A stretch of 43,063 bases of DNA from an uncultured Gammaproteobacteria bacterium (GCA_964448535.1 CAYUWO010000001.1:1-43063), one strand, 5' to 3'. Shown: positions 8,140 through 17,600, counted from the first letter of the stretch. Made by a program: numbers and translations. Notes: generated from the letters alone by a model not told the origin.

Positions 8140-10455
8140 ATGAACACGACAATAATTGACAGTTTACAGGACAATAAAAGATTATCCACAAAAGAACTTC
8201 TTGAAATTATTTACCAAAAAATTGAGATGGGCTTTAACGAATTTAAAATAATAGCCTCGGGTCAGCATGATTTAGGGGGTCCGTTATGGTCAAAAGACGG
8301 GAAACCCCTTGTGTTTCATATTACAAACCCCGGACAAAGAGTAGGGTCCATGGGAATGGCAGGAACAAAAATTATAGTTAAAGGTTCTGCGCCTGCAGAT
8401 ATCGGCTGGTTAAATTCGGGAGCCGAAATTGTTGTCTTGGGAGATGCAGGCGACACCGCCGCACACTGTCAAGCTTCCGGAAAAATATACGTTGCGGGCA
8501 GAGTGGGCACACGTTCGGGCGCTTTGATGAAGCATGACCCTAAATTTGAAGAACCGGAATTTTGGGTTTTAAAAAACACAGGCTCATTTTCTTTTGAATT
8601 TATGGGCGGCGGAAAAGCAGTTGTCTGCGGGTATAAATGTGAAGATATGGAGTCTGTTTTATCAAATCGTTCATGCTGCGGTATGGTGGGCGGAGTTGTT
8701 TATGTCAGAGGGAATGTTAAAGGCTTAACAAACGATGTCGACCTTTATGAGCTTGATGAAGCAGATAAAAGCTATTTAAAATCAGGCATGGTTAAATTTC
8801 TTGATGAAATAGGCAAAAGCGAACTGTATGAAGAATTAACGGACTTTTCCCTTTGGCAAAAAATCCTCGCAAAACCGTATAATAAAAAGAAACGTAAAGT
8901 CCCTTTTTCGATTAAAGAATTTAGAGAAGAAAAATGGGTTAAAGGCGGGATATTTTCAGAATTTTTCGGGGACTATACGGATGTAATCGACGTTATAAAC
9001 ACGGGTGAAAACCGCTTAAGATATCCTTCATGGGAAAATAACCTAAAAACTCCCCCTTGCGAATTTGATTGCCCCATTTCGATTCCTACCCAAAAAAGAA
9101 TTGAGCTTTTAAGAAGAGGCAAGACAAACGAGGCGCTAAATTTAATATACGATTATTCGCCCTTTCCGGCAAGCGTTTGCGGGCAGGTTTGCCCTAACCT
9201 TTGTATGGAAACCTGCACAAGAAGGTATGTGGATGAACACATAAAAATTTCACCCTTGGGGATAAAGTCGTTTGAAAATGCCGATATTAAAGCAGTTGCG
9301 CCGACTAAAAATAAAAAAATTGCCGTAATCGGCGCAGGCGTTGCGGGTTTGTCCTGTGCATGGCAATTATCAAAGCTTGGATACAGAGTAGACGTTTTTG
9401 AAAAAGACTCTGAAATCGGCGGAAAATTAAGACAGGTTATTCCCGATGACAGATTAAATCAAGAAACCCTAAAAGCCGAACTTGAGATAATTAAAAATGC
9501 GGGAATAAATTTCCACATGGGCGTTTCTCTTGATAAAGACGAATTTGAAAAAATTACAAAAGAATACGATTCAACTGTTGTTGCAATCGGGGCGCATAAT
9601 CCCGTTGTCATTCCGATTGAAGGGAAAGAAAGGTTAATCAAGGGGCTTGACTTTCTAAAACTGATTAATCAAGGGCAAAAATTCGGTATCGGAAAAAATG
9701 TTGTTATAATAGGCGCCGGAAATGCCGCTATGGATGTTGTTATAGGCGCTTATAAAATGGGGGCTAAAAATGTTACCGCGATTGATATTCAAAAGCCCTT
9801 GGCTTTTGAAAAAGAGCTGGAACATGCGAAGTCTTTAGGGGCAAAAATTTTATACCCATGCTTTAGCGAAAAGATTACGGAAGAGGGAGTTTGCCTTAAG
9901 GACGGAAGGGTTTTAAAAGCAGACAGCGTAATTATTTCAATAGGCGACAGACCCGTCTTTGATTTTGTTGACGAAAAATATTTAAATGAAAGAAAATTCC
10001 CCCTCATAAACAAATTTAATCAGTCCGATATTAATAGAAAAGTATTTTTTGCGGGCGATTGCACCGGACAAGGATTATTTTGCAACGCAATCGGCAAAGG
10101 CAGAGAAGTTGCGCTTAATATAGATAATTTGCTTGACGGTTTGGAATTAAAAGAGTTTAAAACAAAAGAAAAAATTCAAACAGAAGAAGTCAAATGCTCT
10201 TATTATCATACTCTTAAAGGGTCTGAGCTTTATGCGATGGAGGCGCTTGAAGAAACAGAACGGTGTATGAGCTGCGGCGTTTGCAGAGATTGCAAAATGT
10301 GCATGACCTCATGCCCTCAAGGCGCAATTGAACGGGTTGAAATGGGGGAAGAATTTGCCTATATTTCAGACCCGAATAAATGTATAGGCTGCGGAATATG
10401 TTCAGGAGTCTGCCCTTGCGGAATTTGGAAAATGACATCTAACATAGAAAGTTAA
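8140..10455 (+). CDS. Fusion of the glutamate synthase GXGXG (GltB C-terminal) domain, a GltD-like NAD(P)H-FAD oxidoreductase and a C-terminal 2x[4Fe-4S] ferredoxin module
   Basis: Beta-helix repeats GQRVGSMGMAGTKIIVKGSAPADIGWLNSGAEIVVLGDAGDTAAHCQASGKIYVAGRVGTRSGALM. GltD-type Cys clusters CEFDCP...VCGQVCPNLCMETC. Dinucleotide folds IAVIGAGVAGLSCA and VVIIGAGNAAMDV. CMSCGVCRDC and CIGCGICSGVC at the end. Confidence 0.85.
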   Translation: MNTTIIDSLQDNKRLSTKELLEIIYQKIEMGFNEFKIIASGQHDLGGPLWSKDGKPLVFHITNPGQRVGSMGMAGTKIIVKGSAPADIGWLNSGAEIVVLGDAGDTAAHCQASGKIYVAGRVGTRSGALMKHDPKFEEPEFWVLKNTGSFSFEFMGGGKAVVCGYKCEDMESVLSNRSCCGMVGGVVYVRGNVKGLTNDVDLYELDEADKSYLKSGMVKFLDEIGKSELYEELTDFSLWQKILAKPYNKKKRKVPFSIKEFREEKWVKGGIFSEFFGDYTDVIDVINTGENRLRYPSWENNLKTPPCEFDCPISIPTQKRIELLRRGKTNEALNLIYDYSPFPASVCGQVCPNLCMETCTRRYVDEHIKISPLGIKSFENADIKAVAPTKNKKIAVIGAGVAGLSCAWQLSKLGYRVDVFEKDSEIGGKLRQVIPDDRLNQETLKAELEIIKNAGINFHMGVSLDKDEFEKITKEYDSTVVAIGAHNPVVIPIEGKERLIKGLDFLKLINQGQKFGIGKNVVIIGAGNAAMDVVIGAYKMGAKNVTAIDIQKPLAFEKELEHAKSLGAKILYPCFSEKITEEGVCLKDGRVLKADSVIISIGDRPVFDFVDEKYLNERKFPLINKFNQSDINRKVFFAGDCTGQGLFCNAIGKGREVALNIDNLLDGLELKEFKTKEKIQTEEVKCSYYHTLKGSELYAMEALEETERCMSCGVCRDCKMCMTSCPQGAIERVEMGEEFAYISDPNKCIGCGICSGVCPCGIWKMTSNIES

Positions 10456-10661
10456 TTTTCTACATTTATTTTGACTCTCATGGTTTTTTTACACCAGCGG
10501 TTTCTTTCTGTCTTTGGGGAAACGGGCTAATAAAGCAAGCAAAAAGTTTCATTGTTTTTTAGTGCAGGCAAACATACAAATTGCAAAAAATAACTGTGCC
10601 AAAATTTCCATTCACTTGTTTTGCGGGTTTCTCCTCTATTGCGGGCTGCATTTGTCAGAAA

Positions 10662-12581
10662 CTACATTTCCATTTCAAGGCTTATTTCAAACGGAGAAGA
10701 TTTTACCATAAATTTTTTGCCACCTGTTTCCACTATATAAACACTTTCGGCATCATTTTCCTGTGCAAGGCGTGCTTCAATTTCCGGTTGTTCAACATCT
10801 CCTTTAAAACTGTATAAAACGTAGATATCGTCTTGAATATAGCCTATAAGAGAGGTTATTCCTTCAAATTTTGCAAGGGAAAGCCCCCTTGTTTCGGTTA
10901 GTTTTAGAGATGAAATAATTGTTGCCACTTCACTTTCAGCAGGGAGCACTCCCGTTGCCGCACCTTGAGAAAGTTCGCCGCCGTATCCTACGGCAGTATA
11001 TTTTGACTCAATCGGAGTATAAAGCTGTTGTATAACTTTGTCATCTTCTGTTTGATAAGAAACTTCATCATATTCATCATCTTTTGTAATACTGTCCATA
11101 TAAGCATTAAATGCCCGAACTTTTTCTTCGTCGCTTATTTCATCCGCACTCTGCTTAACAATTGAATCAGTGCTGTTTACCATATTGGGAACAGTGTTGT
11201 AAACGGGGTTAATCGCCCCGTCGGGAGTTGAAAAACCATTTGATTGTGTTTGGGTTGACTGTGCAAGCTCATTTTTAAACGACTCCGGCGTCTGTTCAAC
11301 AGGGGGCTCTTCTTTTTTTGGAGGCATTTTTGCTTTTAAAAGTTCTTTTATGGCTTCCGTTTCTTCTCGGACATTTTGTGCTGCGGCATTTTTTGCGGTT
11401 TCTGCCCGTTTTTTTGCTCCTGCTTTTTTAGACAACAGATACAAAATTAAAAGTACGCCGAAAACTCCGCCTAAAAGCGGAATATTATTATTTTGAGGGG
11501 CTTGGTTGCCCTGTTCATCTTGGTTAACAATAATGTTGGGGCTTATATCTTTTTGATTTGTATCGGGTTCAATTACTTCTGCGTTTATGCCTTTGCTCTC
11601 ATCCGTGTCAACAGGAACTTTTTTATCAAATTCAACTTCGGTGGGCTCGGTTGTAGGGAGCTGTTTTTCATATTCTTTAACAACGTCTTTATCTGCGGGC
11701 TGCTCTTCTTTTATATCAGGTGCGGATGTCTTTGAAGGAGCATTTGCTAACAGTTGATTTTCAGGAGTTTGCGCCTGTTCCTGTTTTTTAACGGGGGCGG
11801 GATTTTCCTGTTTTTTAACGGTTAGCATGGGGGCTTTTTGCGCCGGAAGAGCAGACACTACAGGCTTTTGAACGGTTTTTGCCTGCGCTCTTTTTGCATT
11901 AGCCGCAGCTTGAATTTTATTTGATTTATTTTGATATTCCTCAAAAGATTTTGTTGCTTGAGGCAGACGAACAGTTTGCTTGGGTAAAGCTTCAGGTTCT
12001 TTAATTGCAGGTTTCGGGTTAGATACAATTTTTGTTTCGTTTTGAAGTACGGGTTTTTGGAGGTTTGAAGAAGCCTTTCTAAATTCGGCAAGAGGGGTTG
12101 GAATGTTATTTTGAGCAAGCCTTTGCGAGTATCTTTCAAAAACCTGATCGAGTTTTGCAAGCCTCAAAGGGTCCAGTCTGGGTGAAATTGAGGAATCAAG
12201 AGTTCTGAGAGAGGTTGAGAGTTTAACCGGTTTTGATGTAATAATTGCAACTTTTGTGTATGCGTTTTGCATATCCTGACCGGCATAAGGATAAGACTTA
12301 ACCGAAACATTTTTAACATCTTCAACCGGAGGAACGGATGTTATGGAATGACCTGTTTCAGGCAATAAAAGATAATAAACGGTGTCAGTTTTTTTGATAA
12401 CTTTGACGGGCTCGTTATATGTTTTTTGAGTATAAAGCCCGATGTCATAGCTGTTATCGCCGGTTTTTGTAACCTCTACTTTTAATAAATTATTTTTGTA
12501 ATCATTTTCTGCGGCAAACAGAGAACATGTGCCAAAAAATAGCACAAAAAAGGCAATTAAAGCTTTGTATAAATTTTTCAT
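10662..12581 (-). CDS. Bitopic membrane protein, 639 aa: signal peptide, beta-rich N-terminal domain, P/Q/A/K-rich linker, one TM helix, cytoplasmic C-terminal domain
   Basis: Signal peptide MKNLYKALIAFFVLFFGTCSLFAAE. Low-complexity region with KPV/QKP/APxK runs. TM helix IPLLGGVFGVLLILYLL followed by KKAGAKKR. No catalytic motif recognised. Confidence 0.7.
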   Translation of the reverse strand: MKNLYKALIAFFVLFFGTCSLFAAENDYKNNLLKVEVTKTGDNSYDIGLYTQKTYNEPVKVIKKTDTVYYLLLPETGHSITSVPPVEDVKNVSVKSYPYAGQDMQNAYTKVAIITSKPVKLSTSLRTLDSSISPRLDPLRLAKLDQVFERYSQRLAQNNIPTPLAEFRKASSNLQKPVLQNETKIVSNPKPAIKEPEALPKQTVRLPQATKSFEEYQNKSNKIQAAANAKRAQAKTVQKPVVSALPAQKAPMLTVKKQENPAPVKKQEQAQTPENQLLANAPSKTSAPDIKEEQPADKDVVKEYEKQLPTTEPTEVEFDKKVPVDTDESKGINAEVIEPDTNQKDISPNIIVNQDEQGNQAPQNNNIPLLGGVFGVLLILYLLSKKAGAKKRAETAKNAAAQNVREETEAIKELLKAKMPPKKEEPPVEQTPESFKNELAQSTQTQSNGFSTPDGAINPVYNTVPNMVNSTDSIVKQSADEISDEEKVRAFNAYMDSITKDDEYDEVSYQTEDDKVIQQLYTPIESKYTAVGYGGELSQGAATGVLPAESEVATIISSLKLTETRGLSLAKFEGITSLIGYIQDDIYVLYSFKGDVEQPEIEARLAQENDAESVYIVETGGKKFMVKSSPFEISLEMEM

Positions 12582-12635
12582 CCTTGTTTTTATTCCCTTT
12601 GCCCTGATTTTAGGATTTCATAGTACAATTATACT

Positions 12636-13565
12636 ATGAATAAACAAAAAATAGCAAAAAGTAGCGACACAAAACTATACAAAACGGGTTTTGTCGCAAT
12701 AATCGCAAGACCAAACGCAGGAAAATCAACCCTGTTGAATAAAATTACAGGGCAAAAAATTGCAATCACAACCCCTGTTGCTCAAACCACAAGAAAGCGG
12801 ATTAAGGGTATATACACAGACGATAATGCGCAAATTGTTTTTATTGATACACCGGGCATACACAAGCCTTTAAATAAACTCGGCGAATTTTTAACCGAAC
12901 AGGCACTTGAGGCGCTCAGCGAAGCGGATTTGATTTTATTTATTACGGATATTTCATCTCCCGCAGGAAAAGGGGATGTTTGGATAGTTGAAAATTGTAT
13001 TAAAAAGGCAAATAAACCCGTTATTATCGCTGCAAATAAAATTGACACGGTAAGCGATGAAAATAAAAGAGAGTTAAACGCAATAAGCTATAAAACCCTT
13101 TTTGAAGAGAATTACCCTTTAATCAGGATTTCTGCCAAAACCGGAAAAAATGTCGATGTTCTTCTTGAAACCCTAAAATCCATGCTTTTGATTGGCGCCC
13201 CCATGTATCCTTCAGATGAAATAACCGACCAAAATGTCAGAACAATAGCTTCAGAAATTATAAGAGAAAAAATTATTTTAAATTCAAAAGATGAAATTCC
13301 TCATTCGGTTGCAGTTTTAATTGATGAATATAAAAGCGAAAACGCAATAGACAGAATAAAGGCAACCATTTACGTTTCATCCGAGAGCCAAAAAGGTATA
13401 ATAATCGGGAAAAACGGTCGTATGCTTAAAAAAATCGGTGTGGAATCAAGGCTTGAAATTGAAGATATGATTGAAAAAAAAGTTTTTTTGGAACTCTTTG
13501 TAAAAGTGAAAAAAAATTGGCAAAAAGACAAAAATGCGCTAAAGATGTTTGGATATACAAAATGA
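12636..13565 (+). CDS. era: GTPase Era
   Basis: G1 ARPNAGKST, G3 DTPG, G4 NKID. C-terminal KH domain with GKNGRMLKKIG. Confidence 0.95.
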   Translation: MNKQKIAKSSDTKLYKTGFVAIIARPNAGKSTLLNKITGQKIAITTPVAQTTRKRIKGIYTDDNAQIVFIDTPGIHKPLNKLGEFLTEQALEALSEADLILFITDISSPAGKGDVWIVENCIKKANKPVIIAANKIDTVSDENKRELNAISYKTLFEENYPLIRISAKTGKNVDVLLETLKSMLLIGAPMYPSDEITDQNVRTIASEIIREKIILNSKDEIPHSVAVLIDEYKSENAIDRIKATIYVSSESQKGIIIGKNGRMLKKIGVESRLEIEDMIEKKVFLELFVKVKKNWQKDKNALKMFGYTK

Positions 13566-14050
13566 TAAATATTAAAAACAGAGTTTTTTTATACCTGACA
13601 AAAAATCAAAAAAGCGCACTTATCAGCTATTTAAAATCTTTTGCAAAAAAATATCATAATCTTGGGGTAAGGGGGGTTATTGATAAATTTATCGAGAATG
13701 AAACTTATTATCTTGAAATAAAAAATCCGCATTTTAAATTTATTATTGAATATCTCAAGGAGGATAATTTTTTAAAAGATTTAGAAAGTTTTTTAAGTGC
13801 GGTTTTTTACGAGTTAAAAAGAAAAGAGGCTCTAAAACCTTTAATAGAAAAGCAAAAGCGGATTTTAGCCGAAAAAAGAAAACGCTGTGCGGATTTTAAG
13901 ATGTCTAAATTAAAACCGACCCTAAAACAGATGTCTTATTATAAAAAGCTTGTAAAATCCCGTGGTACAGAAATGAAAAATTTAAAAGAGGCTTCGCGTC
14001 TTGACCTTAGAAATTGGATTGAAGAGTTAATTAACGAGGGAGAAGAATGA
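13562..14050 (+). CDS. Hypothetical protein, 162 aa, translationally coupled to both era and prmC
   Basis: The ATG at 13562 overlaps the era stop (ATGA) and its own stop overlaps the prmC ATG (ATGA). I prefer this start over the track's 13517 start. The protein is K/E-rich and helical-looking; no family recognised. Confidence 0.6.
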   Translation: MINIKNRVFLYLTKNQKSALISYLKSFAKKYHNLGVRGVIDKFIENETYYLEIKNPHFKFIIEYLKEDNFLKDLESFLSAVFYELKRKEALKPLIEKQKRILAEKRKRCADFKMSKLKPTLKQMSYYKKLVKSRGTEMKNLKEASRLDLRNWIEELINEGEE

Positions 14051-14883
14051 AAAAAAGCGAATTGGTTAAAATCCTCTTTTGTAAAGGAATTGAACAAAAA
14101 GAGGCGGCTGCCGAGGTTAATCTTATTCTTGAAACGGTTTTAAATAAAACAAAAGAGGAACTTATTTTAATTGATGATTTTGATAATGCGGAAGTTTTAT
14201 TAAAAATAAAAGAACGTGCCGACACGGGGCGTCCCATTCAATATATTTTAGGTCAGGCTCCTTTTATGGGGGAAAATTTTTATGTAAATGAAAATGTCCT
14301 TATACCGCGGGATGATACCGAAATTTTAGTAAGAGAAGCTTTTTCAAAGGTTAAAAATAAAAATAAAATTTTAGATATCGGAACAGGTGCGGGGATAATT
14401 GCCTGCATGATTGCTAAACTCTCAAAAAAAGCCCTGTTTGAAGTTGAAATTATTGCTCTTGATATTTCTAACGAAGCACTTGATATCGCTTATAAAAATA
14501 TTAAAAAGCTAAATTTAATCCGCACGGTTTTACTTAGAAAGTCGGATGTATTTTCTAACGTCAAACAGGGGGAAAAGTTTGATATTATAGTTTCAAACCC
14601 GCCTTATATACCGGAGAAAATTAAAAACACTCTTCAAAAAGAAGTGTTGTTCGAGCCTTCAATTGCCCTTTTTGCAAAAGATGAGGGATTATATTTTTAT
14701 AAAAAAATAATAAAGGAGGCTCCTAAATTTTTAAACAAAGGAGGACATCTTCTTTTTGAAGTAATGCAGGGGCAAAGCAAAAATATAGAAAAATTTTTTA
14801 TTGATTTTGGTTATGCCGATATAAAAACCGTTAAAGATGTATCGGGAACAGAGAGAGTTATTGAGGGAAGATTTAACGGCTGA
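14047..14883 (+). CDS. prmC: Release factor glutamine N5-methyltransferase
   Basis: SAM-binding ILDIGTGAGII, catalytic IVSNPPY, and the HemK-type N-terminal segment PIQYILG. Confidence 0.9.
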   Translation: MKKSELVKILFCKGIEQKEAAAEVNLILETVLNKTKEELILIDDFDNAEVLLKIKERADTGRPIQYILGQAPFMGENFYVNENVLIPRDDTEILVREAFSKVKNKNKILDIGTGAGIIACMIAKLSKKALFEVEIIALDISNEALDIAYKNIKKLNLIRTVLLRKSDVFSNVKQGEKFDIIVSNPPYIPEKIKNTLQKEVLFEPSIALFAKDEGLYFYKKIIKEAPKFLNKGGHLLFEVMQGQSKNIEKFFIDFGYADIKTVKDVSGTERVIEGRFNG

Positions 14884-14931
14884 TTTTTTAAAAACTTTTA
14901 AAAGATAAAATTTTTATAATAAAATACTTTT

Positions 14932-16062
14932 ATGAAAAAAAGAATTGCAATCTTAGGCTCAACAGGCTCTATCGGGACGCAGGCGCTTGAAGTTATAGAA
15001 AATCTCGAAAACAGGGAAGAATATGAAATATCAGGTCTTGCCTGTAATTCAAATTTGGATAAATTTATTTTGCAGATAAAAAAGTTTAAGCCCAAAAGGG
15101 TTTATATGGAAAATAAGGAATGCCGTGAAAAATTAAAACAAGAAATCAGCGGGGTTGAAATTTTAAGCGGCAAAGACGCTCTTGTTGAATTATCGACAAG
15201 CGAAACCGATATTTTACTTACCGCAACAACGGGAACAGTTGCCCTGAAACCAACGCTTGAAGCAATAAACCAAAAAATTGACATTGCCCTTGCAAACAAA
15301 GAAACTCTTGTTATGGCGGGCGATATCGTTATGAAAAAAGCCAAAGAAAAAGGGGTTAAAATTTTGCCCGTAGACTCGGAACATTCGGCTATTTTCCAAA
15401 GTGCAAACGGAGATTTTCGCTATATAAATAAAATTATAATAACTGCTTCGGGCGGACCTTTTTTAAATAAAACAACGGATGAAATCAACAAGGCAACTGC
15501 TCAAGAGGCGCTTAAGCACCCGAACTGGTCAATGGGCAAAAAAATTACCATAGACTCTTCCACCCTTATGAATAAAGGTTTAGAGGTTATAGAAGCACAT
15601 CATCTTTTTAACATACCTTATGACAAAATCGAGGTTGTAATCCACCCTGAATCTGTTATACATTCGGCAATTGAAACAGTTGACGGTTCTGTTCTTGCGC
15701 AAATAGGAAATCCTTCCATGCATATTCCGATTCAATATGCTCTTACTTATCCTGATAGAAAGCGGGGAATTAAAACAGGAAACTTTAGCTTTTTTGATAA
15801 AAATCTCACTTTTAAAACACCGGATACAAAAAAGTTTCCCTGCTTAAAACTCGCTTATGAAGCAGGAATTAAAGGCGGAATTTATCCTTGCGTTTTAAAT
15901 GCGGCAAATGAAGTTGCCGTTTTGAAATTTTTAAGAGGGGAGATAAATATCTTTGGAATTATAAAAATTGTTGAAAATGCTCTAAATAGAGCAGAAGAGA
16001 TAAAAACCCCCGATATTGAAGATATTCTTGAAGCCGATATGAAAACAAGAGCTAAAATATAA
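14932..16062 (+). CDS. dxr: 1-deoxy-D-xylulose 5-phosphate reductoisomerase
   Basis: ILGSTGSIGTQAL, LANKE, PVDSEHSAIFQ, HPNWSMG. Confidence 0.95.
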   Translation: MKKRIAILGSTGSIGTQALEVIENLENREEYEISGLACNSNLDKFILQIKKFKPKRVYMENKECREKLKQEISGVEILSGKDALVELSTSETDILLTATTGTVALKPTLEAINQKIDIALANKETLVMAGDIVMKKAKEKGVKILPVDSEHSAIFQSANGDFRYINKIIITASGGPFLNKTTDEINKATAQEALKHPNWSMGKKITIDSSTLMNKGLEVIEAHHLFNIPYDKIEVVIHPESVIHSAIETVDGSVLAQIGNPSMHIPIQYALTYPDRKRGIKTGNFSFFDKNLTFKTPDTKKFPCLKLAYEAGIKGGIYPCVLNAANEVAVLKFLRGEINIFGIIKIVENALNRAEEIKTPDIEDILEADMKTRAKI

Positions 16063-16066
16063 ATTA

Positions 16067-16105
16067 AAACGCCCCTTTTTTATAAAAAGCAAAAAAGGGG
16101 CGTTT
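16067..16105. terminator. Bidirectional intrinsic terminator between dxr and gatB
   Basis: AAAACGCCCCTTTTTT...AAAAAAGGGGCGTTT. The G+C core is flanked by complementary A and T runs. Confidence 0.8.
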
Positions 16106-16149
16106 ATGTGTTTTTAAATAACTAAAGCCTTAAAAGGCGGGCTTTTAAG

Positions 16150-17600
16150 TTATTTATCCAATTCCTTTTTCAAAAGTTCATTTAAGGTTTGGGGGTTTGC
16201 CCTTCCTTTTGTTTCTTTCATAACCTGCCCGACAAAGAACCCGAAAAGTTTATCTTTCCCGCTTTTGTAAGCTTCAACTTGTTGGGCGTTGCTTTCCAAA
16301 ACTTTTCTTATGATTTCCAAAATTGCGCCTTCGTCCGATAAAACACTTAAGCCCTTCTTTTCAACAAGGGTTTTGGCGTCTTCGCCTGTTTTTAAAATTT
16401 CAACTACAAGAGATTTTGCAATATTGTTTGAAATTGTTCCTTTCTCTATTAAACTCAAAAGGCTTTGGAAGTTTTCAACCGAGAGCTTTGAATCTTGAAT
16501 TGGGATTTTTTCTTCTTTTAAATATGCGGCAATTTCGCCCATTAAAAAGTTAGATGCTGTTTTTGCGTTTACATCCCCTTTTATAACTTCATCATAAAAA
16601 AGTGCCAAATCCATTTGATTAACTATGACATTTGCGTCATATTCTCTAAGCCATAAGCTCATATACCGTTTATATATTTCTAAAGGAAGCTCGGGCATGG
16701 ATTTTCTTACCCTTTCTATCCACTCATCGTCAATTTCTAAGGGCATTAAATCCGGTTCGGGGAAATATCTGTAATCATGCGCATCTTCTTTTCCCCTCAT
16801 GGAGCTTGTTATTCCTTTATTATCGTCCCAAAGCCTTGTTTCTTGGACAACTTCGCCCCCGTCTTCAATAATCTCAATTTGTCTGTCTATTTCAAACTCA
16901 ATTGCACGTTGGAGCGCTTTGAAGCTGTTTACATTTTTAATTTCCGCCCTTGTTCCGAATTCTTTTTGACCTTTCGGGCGAACCGATATATTGGCGTCGC
17001 ACCTCATGGAGCCTTCTTCAAGGTTTCCGTCGCAAACCCCTATATATCTTAAGTTGTTTCTCAGTTGTTCCATATATTCTCTTGCCTCATCGGAACTTCT
17101 CATATCAGGCTCGGATACTATTTCTAAAAGAGGCGTCCCCGCACGGTTTAAATCTACAAGCGAATACGCCGAGCCGTAAATACCGGCTGAACCGGCATGA
17201 ACAAGCTTTCCCGCATCTTCTTCAAGGTGTGCCCTTGTAATTTTAATTGTCTTATTTGAAATTTTTATTTCCCCGCCACACAGATAGGTTCGTCATATTG
17301 AGAAATTTGATAGCCTTTCGGAAGGTCGGGGTAAAAATATTGTTTTCTGTCAAATTTACACTTTTTTGAAATTTTTGAATTTAAAGCAAGCCCGACAAGA
17401 ATTGCCATATCGACAACTCCTTTATTTAAAACAGGTAACACTCCGGGCATTCCCAAAGTAATGGAGGATGTTTCAGTATTCGGCTCATGTCCGAATTCGG
17501 CACCGTCAGGTGCAAATATTTTAGATTTTGTCTTAAGCTGAGCATGAACTTCAAGACCGATTACAACTTCATACTTATCTCTTAAAGATGTGTTTTCCAT
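16150..17600 (-). pseudogene. gatB: Asp-tRNA(Asn)/Glu-tRNA(Gln) amidotransferase subunit B, reading frame interrupted by a 1-nt frameshift
   Basis: ORF 17265..17600 is the GatB N-terminus ([39 protein letters not shown]). ORF 16150..17103 is the C-terminus (RCDANISVRP, YFPEPDL, YqeY-like tail). Hand translation of the gap in the C-terminal frame gives [30 protein letters not shown]...VDLNRAGTPLLEIVSEPDMRS. Both frames overlap only in 17265-17292. Confidence 0.85.

Noticed and set aside
10478-10817. Track ORFs 10514..10711 and 10581..10817, plus two tiny ATGA-coupled minus-strand ORFs (10549..10611, MEILAQLFFAICMFACTKKQ; 10478..10552, MKLFACFISPFPQRQKETAGVKKP) that resemble type I toxin-like peptides
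   Set aside because: The track ORFs are Phe/Cys-rich and partly antisense to the 639-aa gene. The tiny ORFs lack a correctly spaced SD (the GGAGG is about 21 nt away) and have no supporting antisense promoter.
12636-14883. Alternative genetic code (TGA as a sense codon) to explain the ORF-free gaps
   Set aside because: TGA clearly terminates era and the 13562..14050 ORF within ATGA overlaps, and prmC also ends in TGA. All recognisable genes have normal lengths under the standard code.
16777-17240. Plus-strand ORFs 16777..17052, 16950..17240 and 16991..17179 in the gatB region
   Set aside because: They are antisense to sequence that translates into conserved GatB motifs on the minus strand.
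17265-17292. Programmed -1 ribosomal frameshifting as the primary explanation of the gatB interruption
   Set aside because: G_GGG_AAA is not a canonical X_XXY_YYZ heptamer in the zero frame. I see no obvious downstream stimulatory structure, and no biological rationale is known for recoding gatB. It is kept only as a minor alternative in the finding.
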